This document shows positions 16,101 to 24,700 of a DNA stretch of 33,745 nucleotides, piece by piece. The stretch spans positions 1 through 33,745 of IMG/VR virus record IMGVR_UViG_3300037308_000012, one strand, 5' to 3'. The position numbers were made by a program, and so were the translations under genes. Origin of the DNA: a virus (taxonomy: Duplodnaviria > Caudoviricetes). Positions within the stretch are counted from its first letter, which is position 1. Each line of letters opens with the position of its first letter. A model generated the notes under the pieces. It worked only from the letters and a program-made list of their open reading frames with translations, did not search any database and was not told where the DNA came from.

Positions 16101-17001
16101 TAGATATGGTAGATTGCCATGCGTTGCTTATCGTACAAGCTGCTGTCTTGTTACTGTTTGATAGAGTGTAGCCCGAGCCAATCTTATCTATAGACCAAAT
16201 AACTTCTGGTTTTACTATGCTCTTTAGGACTCCATTCAGATATGATTTAAAGTAACCGTTCTCTCTTGTGAAAGCAACATGACTCCAAGCAGAGTTAGGG
16301 AGAGCCGTTACAGTGTTAATATTAAGCTCATAACCACTTGTTCTTGAATCCTGAAGATACACAGCACAAGGGTTTGTTGTTCCTGAGTTATTCATAGCCA
16401 TACAGAACCCACCCGCAGTCTGATATTGCTCTGTCTCTATGATTCTGCCATATGTTTGCGAGGAATATCCGCCGTTGATCGGATAAACCCACGCTTCTAT
16501 GGTGAAGTCATCGACTAGGACTGCCACATCACCAGGCATAGACGTGTTGTAACGGATGGCATCTCCATTGCCATCGAATGAGGCATAAGAGCCTCCAATC
16601 ACTTTACCCGCAATAATGCCTCCCTCAAAGGATAGGGCATTGCAAGCGATAGACTTGTCTCTAATCTGATAGTCTTGGTTGATATCAAGGAATAACTTAA
16701 CATTGGAATTTCTGTACGGATAGTTCGTGCTGAGAGAGTAAGCAGCAGTAGGTACCGAGAATGGCTCAGTGTACATCGCCCTGCCTTTAACTATTCGTAC
16801 TTCGTCGATGTAGCCGATAAAATCAGTAAACGTAGTTCCGTACTTGGTTCCATCGAAGCAATCACCTATAGAAACACTAACGTCTTTCCATTGGGTTGGT
16901 CTGAACTTTGTTCCAGTTCTAAAGTTTCTTGGTGCCAATGACGCTTGAGCATCAATAGCACCGTTAGTCCAGAGAGTCCACCAATCATTCCTTCTTGTCA
17001 C
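13120..17001 (-). CDS. LamG/ConA-like repeat tail fibre or adhesin, C-terminal segment (frame open up to 17091; probably a frameshifted continuation of the upstream ORF)
   Basis: Four DFT(I/L)E.W LamG cores, one SPRY-like domain, and a C-terminal beta domain (GKIWGTVTDAGGQPMSRKVVL...SDPDTGYYEF). The GTG at 17001 falls mid-motif, in WYHVAVTR. Confidence 0.85.
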   Translation of the reverse strand: MTRRNDWWTLWTNGAIDAQASLAPRNFRTGTKFRPTQWKDVSVSIGDCFDGTKYGTTFTDFIGYIDEVRIVKGRAMYTEPFSVPTAAYSLSTNYPYRNSNVKLFLDINQDYQIRDKSIACNALSFEGGIIAGKVIGGSYASFDGNGDAIRYNTSMPGDVAVLVDDFTIEAWVYPINGGYSSQTYGRIIETEQYQTAGGFCMAMNNSGTTNPCAVYLQDSRTSGYELNINTVTALPNSAWSHVAFTRENGYFKSYLNGVLKSIVKPEVIWSIDKIGSGYTLSNSNKTAACTISNAWQSTISTSYFNSQSSVGTYFEIVFTTTHTSNQQFVGVTAISLNPINYYVGSSLDSWGYLGGTAQKFNNAIGATYGSTWTANDVIGVAVKNGKIWFSKNGVWQASGDPVTEANPAYSNLTGLLFAGASRFTGTTSHTIRSSVSEFTYPMPLNFVSLRENSQLVLYKTKVSIGANNSALESFYGNIDDVRLTRGVVRYGMTWAEKTLVGDTYANNVMLLLNCDGTDGGTTFTDSSNSNKTVTVNGTVTTVTSTKRFETASAQFDGTTGYLSLADSDDWNYGTGDFTIEFWYKFRILPHTIYSDTAGSQFVYSHYLSSSNVQISASKSGWTFEAYNLSVNVITLSGTTVHDSQWHHFALTRVGNVFTIWIDGVSIATSTNSVTIPDIGASLLIGKWAGGDAAYFKGWLDDIRITKGTGRYPTEFVYSSTKPHTGLLPIRRRKIQDIPSNVTLPNSVRTLRGAEAKFDVAVDLTYPSMTSSSIESNCQWSVAEFNFSMVPGVTDFTIEGWFYPTVSSTRWLMTKDVNQIYGFSIGISSNSLYFTCPGTTSLSSSTLSLSGWNHVVWQRRGNLKQVFINGVKILEASTPFDANALDDTIYLGAPTSISTGSRYIGYMDGFRYTRGVARYLSNFTPPTEQFPTKFKSFSNTRLLAFFSNPSSLPNSVKLIGQPQIVRPSSILERGACWFDGDDDYIQLITGSVISSEDFTLEFWFELHQYGSETKPIYLWSQGNTIAQTDKVGIVSAGTELKWLYGTTLTTLDTVLLYTWTHCAITREDGLLKIFVNGVKKYEESVPLFGGGLSVLGLLSDETISASEYRFRGFISNFRILKWVVSYTTDFIPSTTLLAQAQSNLPELVDPDNNLVLGNFVGKLDEVSIFDGIASDSMIQYIREEGNLSPPALPRVSTVDTMLSKKKNFDNGRWFGQGKIWGTVTDAGGQPMSRKVVLIEYWSYAPVAEVVSDPDTGYYEFIELDTSALFSVVAEDHKDYHYNDIIRSKVRAEIV

Positions 17002-17020
17002 TGCGACATGATACCAAGTA

Positions 17021-18775
17021 TTAGCAGCAACGGTTGTCGCAGTTCCAGTGAGTAGAATAGTTCCGTGGGCTATAAGGTTCCCAATAAAAAACTAATCGAT
17101 TGGATGCGTTAACCATTATTATAAACCAAGGACCATTAACTACTTGATTCCACATTGCGAGAATAGGTCTTTGAGCACCAATGGAATCTAACCTAAACCA
17201 GCACTCTGCTGTAAAGTCTCCCTCACCCAGATTGAGTGATTCATGTGGATTGATTTGCACCCCACAACCAGCAGTACCGCTCAGATAGAGAGAACTTCCA
17301 CCAAACTTAGACTGAGTGGTAGAGATCTTGGCACCTAGTGTTCCTGTCACAGTGTGGTTCCATCGAGAACTATCAGAGAAGACATAGGTTGAATCCGCAC
17401 CATCGAAGTGTAACAGCAATGATGTTTGTTCGTATTCGAGATTGATTGCATCAGGTACAGGAGCAGTAGGTACAGACACCGAGGTGGTGTACTTCGCAGT
17501 GTTCTGAGTAAGTTGAATCTCACTGAGTTGACCATGGAAGTATTCGGCATTAGACAAATTACGCCCAATGAGTAAATTAGCACTTTCAGCGACGGTGATA
17601 GCACTGTTTACCGTAGAGCCTGCCTGTGAGCCATCGACAAATAGTTTCCACGAGTTTGTATCAGATGCGTTTCTTACGATTGCAACATGATGCCACCCTG
17701 TTGAGAGAGTACCTGAAGTCAGTTCTACGTCCCATCCCGCCGTATTGTCACCGAACTTAGCATAGAGCTTGGTGTCGGTGTCAGTATAGATGTTCATTCC
17801 GGTTAGAGAATCCGATTCACGCTTATCGAAAATTGTCATCTTAGCATCGTAATCAGGCAGATACATCCAAAACTCGAGAGTAAAAGTATTGCCCAGTGTG
17901 ATGTTTGGCGTATTTGTGATAACGATTGCGTCATTGACACCGTCGAATGAGATCGATGGGTAGTTGTGCTTGAAATGGCTTGAAAGTATCTTGGCGTTGC
18001 CTACGAATGTTGTACCATTAACATCCGAATCGTCCCAGGGTCCCATATAAGATGAGTTATTAAAGTGATCCATCCCCACTTGCAATGCAAGCCTGTCTGC
18101 ATAGGGATCTCTTTCTGATGTAAAACTGTCTCCTCTGAGCAACAAGCTTACATCATCGAAGTACTCATCTGCGATGTAGTCACTACGGATAGGAACGGAG
18201 AATGACGCTGTCCAGCTTTCTTCCGTTCTAAATCTAACAGCATCCATCATTCCTGCGAATAAATTTGCTCCCAGTCTTGCACCGACCTGGGTAAAAGTTC
18301 TATCAGGAGCCACAAACGATTCATAGGTTGCTTCTAAAGATCCATTGAGATAAGCTTTACATATTGCGCCGTTTCTTACCAGCGCAACATGGTGCCACAT
18401 CTTAGGGATTACTGTAGTCGTACCTGCTGTTTCTACCGAGTTGTTGACAATAGTAAGCTTTTGGTTCTTGACAGAGAGACTAGTATCTCCTGCAGAACCA
18501 CTTACTGCTTGTGACAAGATTACTTGCTCTACGTTTTCAATAGAGCTAAACCACACCCAGAGGTCGGCTGTAAAGGTCGTACCTATAAGCAACGGCTCAG
18601 TAATAACGATATAGTCTGTTGTCCCATTGAGTTTCAAACAAGTGTGATTGATCTTTCTTGTGCCTTCTATGACAACAGGATTTCCGAACACCGTGTTTAC
18701 GAATTCGTTAGTCGATTGAAGCTGAGCGGGTGTGGCTGCCCCCATCTCTGCGACAGGCGGCGTAAAGTTAGCCAT
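17021..18775 (-). CDS. LamG/ConA-like repeat protein, middle segment
   Basis: Cores TFTADLW, TFTLEFW and DFTAECW. The ATG at 18775 has GAGGAG 6 nt upstream and overlaps the previous ORF end. The last ~15 aa appear to be out of frame. Confidence 0.8.
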   Translation of the reverse strand: MANFTPPVAEMGAATPAQLQSTNEFVNTVFGNPVVIEGTRKINHTCLKLNGTTDYIVITEPLLIGTTFTADLWVWFSSIENVEQVILSQAVSGSAGDTSLSVKNQKLTIVNNSVETAGTTTVIPKMWHHVALVRNGAICKAYLNGSLEATYESFVAPDRTFTQVGARLGANLFAGMMDAVRFRTEESWTASFSVPIRSDYIADEYFDDVSLLLRGDSFTSERDPYADRLALQVGMDHFNNSSYMGPWDDSDVNGTTFVGNAKILSSHFKHNYPSISFDGVNDAIVITNTPNITLGNTFTLEFWMYLPDYDAKMTIFDKRESDSLTGMNIYTDTDTKLYAKFGDNTAGWDVELTSGTLSTGWHHVAIVRNASDTNSWKLFVDGSQAGSTVNSAITVAESANLLIGRNLSNAEYFHGQLSEIQLTQNTAKYTTSVSVPTAPVPDAINLEYEQTSLLLHFDGADSTYVFSDSSRWNHTVTGTLGAKISTTQSKFGGSSLYLSGTAGCGVQINPHESLNLGEGDFTAECWFRLDSIGAQRPILAMWNQVVNGPWFIIMVNASNRLVFYWEPYSPRNYSTHWNCDNRCC

Positions 18776-21700
18776 AGATTGCTCCTCTAGTGATTCTGAT
18801 ATCGTCAAATGCTATGTTTCCTGCTCTCCAGGCATTAATGTTGCCTTCTCCCATGATACCGTTATTGAAGTTGTATCCGCCGATGTTAAGTGGGTATGTA
18901 GTATAAACATTGCAATTTATCAGACTATTGTTTCCATAATTGGCTATGTTATAGAAAGTCATCGTTTGCTCTACTCCATCCTGATACAGTTTGATGATAT
19001 GATCTTTACAGGTTACAGCAATATGAGTCCAATCTAGTGTAGGTATAGTGACGGTTCCTTTTTTATAGTAGGCGGCTCCCGCACCACCTAAGGAAGAGTT
19101 ACCTGCTCTGATACCAACCAAACCATCGGCTTCTATGAGAATAGAAAATCCAACTCTTAATGCAGTTTCATCTCCGACGCTGCTCGTAGGATTACCAAAT
19201 ACAATGAGTGGGAGAAAAGTAGTGGGAGATTGATACAACTTCACCCAGAGTTCAATCGTAAAGTCAATCGCTGACGGGTAACAAGAACTAGTCAATGTCT
19301 GTTGTCTAGAGAGATGCAACTTAGGAACTTCTAAGTGATAATTTCCGTTGAGGTATATAGATTTTGTTGCGAATGGAGAATCATTGATGATGGCTGGTTC
19401 TACTGCTCCGTATATAGAAATTAAATTCTTGCAATCATCAATCATATTGTTGCATCTCAATTGAAGCATTGTAGAGTTAGAAGTTCCATCAAATAAAATC
19501 TCTGAATTCTTGTATATCTGCTCGATCACACTAAAGTTTGAATAAGAGTCCAAAGAGCCATCAATTAGTATCTCAACCAAATAAGCAGAAGCTAGATTGA
19601 CTGTAACTTGATGAGTTACGCCATCATTGACAAATGTATCGCTTGTTGATACGACTGTTCCTCCCCCATAGAGGTTAAATTCAGCTTGAATCTTACCACT
19701 CTGCAAGGATATTTTATAGGATCCTTGCTTCTCTATGATTGTTCCAGAAGAACTTGTTGTGTTAATGAAGAAGTTGAACGATAATGCTTTCTTTCCTGCA
19801 ACGTTCTGTGACGGTCCTGTGCAATAGCCTCCATCGAATGCAATACACCCATCCTTATTCGCATTATACGGCACCAATGTTGTCTGATTGAGATCGATGT
19901 CTGAAGGATTAACCTGGCTAAGATCCCATTCGCCAGTACAGTCTGCGATAGTGGTTCCAGTGTCCCCTAGCGTATAGTGACTGAGGATTGGAGGTGAGAA
20001 TGAAAGCACTGACTTACGATAGAAATCGATCAAAAAGTAATCTAACGAATCAGTGGGGGGAATGAATGAACCGACATATTTAGCATATCCACGCACAATC
20101 TGAACACCCTTCATGTATCCGTAGAAGTAGGCATAGGTGTCAGAAGAACCAATATTGAGATAGTTAGATCCCCACGATGCCATTCTCAAAGAACCAGTAC
20201 CTATATTGTATGTTCCAACAGCAGAGCTATTCAGATAGAATGTAATCGTCTCCTTAAAACGGACAATGGCAATGTGATACCAAGTGTATGCCGATGTGGC
20301 AGAAGTAATGATATTTCCCCAGTCCGAACCATTTCTCGTAATATAAAATCCAATGGTGTTATCTATTGCACGTTCTACTAGGATTGTTGTATACCCTGCC
20401 GCTGATCTTGTTGATATTATCGATCTTGCCGTACCAAGATCAAGGAAGTATACCCACGCCTCTATAGTGAAGTCTTCGTACTCGATCCACTCATCAGGTC
20501 CCTTCTCAATCTGAATTTGAGAGTTGCCATTGAAGTAGGCTACCATCCTGTCTTGTTTCTTAATTTCATTCAGAGTGATTAACTCATCGGTTATCACGAC
20601 ATTCTTATTGATATGCATGGTAGAGTTTGGGACTAAGTCTATGCAATCGAATGAGTTGTTTGGAATAGTCTCAGTTTGCAGTGTAAGGTTACGCTTCACT
20701 CCATCACCCTGACTAATCACAAGATCATCAATGTATCCCTTAAAGCCATTCGTACCATCGCCACCTATGAGCAATGAAGTTGGAGTTACGAAATAGTAAT
20801 AATCCCCGCTGTCTTTATATGGGGATGTTGGTAGAGTGAATGATTTGGAGTAATGACACGATCTACTAACCCTTAACTCGTCGATGTAACCGTTGAAAAA
20901 CTTAGCGTTCCCACCCGATGTTTCTTGGCAACCAATTCTCATAACTGGAGAGCCTGCACCGAATGATGCAGGCATATTTTGAGATGCTATCAGCACGCCA
21001 TCCAAAAACATCCTAACAATCGAGTTTTCTCTGGTGACTGCAAAGTGGTACCAAGTGTTTTTTGAGAGCGCAGCAGGAAAGGTATAACTGATCATCTCGG
21101 CATCGGCCGCATACTCATTTGATAACCAACATTTTGTTCCCGTTGTGGTTGCATTTCCGCTCAAGACAAGTTTCAAGTAGCCTACAATATACACGAGTCC
21201 TGCTTCTCTTATTCCATTAGTTGAAACAGCCGAATCGCCCTCTATGTTGAACCAGAACTCTATAGTGAAGTTACCTGTATCGAATCCGAAGTCTGATGAA
21301 GATGCACTCGAAATATAATCGCCATTACCGTCAAAATAAGCACTAGCTCCCCCGAACTTGCTGTTGGCTGTCCTGATTCTCGCATTGCCGGTGGCAGTGT
21401 AGGACTTAGGTATTGAACCGTTATCGGTGAACGTCGTGGATCCATCAGCACCATTAAAATGGAGTTGCGATACATCATAGAATCTCGTTTGGGCTCTTCC
21501 TCTATCGAGAGAACAAGAGCCATAACACACTCCATCGACAAAGACACTGAAGTGCGTTGCTTTCTTCTGTACCTGAAGATGCTTAAACGAAGTAGAGAAG
21601 TCTGTCTTTGTCAACGACGTGGTTACCCATTCATTGAGAGGATCGCCTATGTTTACCATCAACTTATGACTGTCAGAGACTCCGCCAAACTTGATGTTGA

Positions 21701-24700
21701 TTTGTCTGACTGATTCAGAATCGACTTGCTTAAATACAACTTGCTCTCCGCCTGAGGTCTCTGTTGTCTTGATCCACATCTCTATGAGAAAGTCTTTGTC
21801 AAAATGCTTGAAGTTACTGAGTGGACTTATCGTGATGTAGTCGCTAGAGCCTGTAAAGTATGCACTGCTTGCACCGAACTTCTTGTCAGAGGTTGAGATT
21901 ACGGCATTGCCATTTATTGTATAGGTGTGACCTACAGAGTCAAAAAAGCCACTCTCGTTGAACGATGACTTGAGTAGTGGAGTCTTAGAGAACGTGGTGA
22001 GAGCATAGCCCTTGTTAGAATACGAGCTGTCTGGACTCTGGATATAGCGCATTACAAAGTCTTGGAGATAGCCTTGATAGAATTCTGCGGTAGTATAATA
22101 ACATCCCAGATAACAAGTTCTTCCATTCGCTGGCGGATATGGCAACTCCGTCAATCCTCCGGTAGTATCGTAAACACCATTGAGGTAGAGCACAACCGAA
22201 TACCCTATTTTCTGAATCTTGACATGCGTCCAGGTGTTGGCTGTGATTGAGGTAGACGATACTACAGACATTGCTGTGGTTGGTGATGAAGCCTTGGCTA
22301 AGAAAACTCCGAGTTTTGACGCAGATGTGATTTGAATACCATGACTGAAGTGAACACTTGCCGAACCATCCACCGATAGAATATCTCTATTAGACCCTCC
22401 TACGGAAGTAGGATACATCCAGAACTCGATAACCCAGTCTCTCTGGAAGTTGAGTAATAAAGAGTTAGGCTGGGTTGATATTGGAATGAATGTAATCCTA
22501 GAAGAGGTTCCATTGAAGTACGCTGGGAAGCCGTTACGAGGTAATCTAGCAACGGTACTTGAATATGTCATGTTGGTTGCAGTTGTAGGATACGCCATTA
22601 GACCGATATCAGGGTATGACGGTGAAGCGTTCCCATTGATACCCGTCAGAGGAAAGTGAAGAACCTCATAGTCTGCACTTGGATTTCCAGAGAACGCGGG
22701 CAATGGCTGAGATGGAGGCGTAAACGCTGCGGTGTATCTCGCGTATCCTTTTGTCAATCTGAAATCGTCAATATAACCTTTGAAATAGCGAGTGCTATCG
22801 TTATCAGATTTTCCGATGTAGGGAGTCGTTGATGCGGTCCAGTTCGTTGTAAGTGAGTTTTCGTAACCCAGTTGTCCATTAACGAACACTCTAAGTGTGC
22901 CATTAGATCTACACCAAGCGACATGAGTCCAGGTGTCTGGAGATATTGCAATAGATGAAGTTGCTTGAGAAGTCCCATCCCATAGACAAGGAGCAAGATC
23001 GGAATTCAGAAGGAATACAACGAAAGCAGGAGTAAAACTAAATCCACCAAAAATTAGATTGTCATAAGATGACCCGCCACCGGGAGCAGAGCCTATATGA
23101 TACACCCAACACTCGATAGTGAAGTCATTCGTTCCAAAAGTAAAGTCTGAGCTTGCAGGAGTAGTGATGTAGGATGTCATTCCATCGAAGTAGCCGCTTA
23201 CTCCACCCCACTTGTATTGAGAGGTAGATAGAGTTACTCCACCGTTTAGAGTCAGAGTATGACCTTTCTCGTCATAGATTGCTCTCGGTGTTCGATTCAT
23301 GTGCATCAAGAGAGATGTATTAGTCCAGTAAGAGTCTGTCTCGTTAGGCAAGACTTCTGTAGGTGCGGTGAAGTTGGCAATATAACGTGCAACGCCTTTG
23401 GTTATTCTAACATCTTGTATGTAACCTGTTGCATAATTGACTGATGTTGACTTACCTCTTCCGATTCTAAACTCTCCAGTATCGTTTATATTATATGAGT
23501 CAGAGAATGAATAGGCCTCAGTTCCATTTAGAAACAGACGGTTTGTGGAACCTGAACGAGTCCAAGCAACATGATTCCAAGCATTGAGCGTTGGCGCTGT
23601 TGTCGAAATGTAATTCGTAGATCCCATATTAGCATAGAGGTAACCTGTGGTTACCCCTAGTCCGAAAAAGAATCCGTCGGATCCCGATGTTCCTTTAGAT
23701 ACAATAACCCATTGCATCGTTGCAAATGTGGTTGGATATATCCACGCCTCAATCGTAAAATCACTTGTACCTAATGATAGATCTGTTGCGTGCGGGGTTG
23801 ACAGATAATCACCACTGCCATCAAAATAAGCGCAATCTCCACCAAACTTGCTGATGGTCGAAAAGACGAGGGTGGTGTTACCGTATGCCGTTATCGCATG
23901 TCCTTTCTCATCAAACCATTCAGTGATGCACAAATAGTTGTTGAATCGTAAGTGCATTCCTGAATAGAGTGAACCTAAGGTATCACCATCTCCATAGTCA
24001 AGATGAGACGCAGTAGGAGGAGTGAATGCGTCAACATAACGCGCTACGTTCTTAGTAATCCTTAAGTCATCTAGATAGCCTGAGTAACCGTACAGCCTAT
24101 TAACGCTATCTCCACCAATAACCATCGGCAAGGTATTTTGAGCAGAGATAAAACTACATAAAGATCCATATCCCGTCCATCCTATGACTCCGTCTAAGAA
24201 GCCTTTCCAGGTATTGCCCATTCTAACAACAGCAAAATGGTGCCAGGTGTTAAGTGATACCGTTCCAAAGGTTTGATTAAGGAACATCTCCGTGTTCACT
24301 GCATTGGTCTTATAGGAAGTGAACTGAATACTTGTCCCGCTCAATCGAATCTCATAGGCTGGATACGGATAAGTCGTAGTATTGTCGGGTTTTCTGATGA
24401 TGATTTGCGTGCCTGTTACGCTTTCGGGTCTAATCCATCCCTCTATCGTAAAGTCTCCAATAAAGTTGATGTCTTCTCTATGCGGAGTGGTGAGATAGCC
24501 CGTGCCTTTGAATCTTGCAGAGCGTCCACCAAACTTACTTTGAAGTGAGCTGATCTCTACATTCCCTATCGGGGTAAAGTCATGTAGTCTCATTGTGTCA
24601 TTAAACTGATTCATCTCGTCAAACGGAATCAATAGAGCAACGTTGCTCCAGTAGGTATCAGAAGAATCCGTTGGAAACGGCTCAGTTGGTACGGAGAAGT

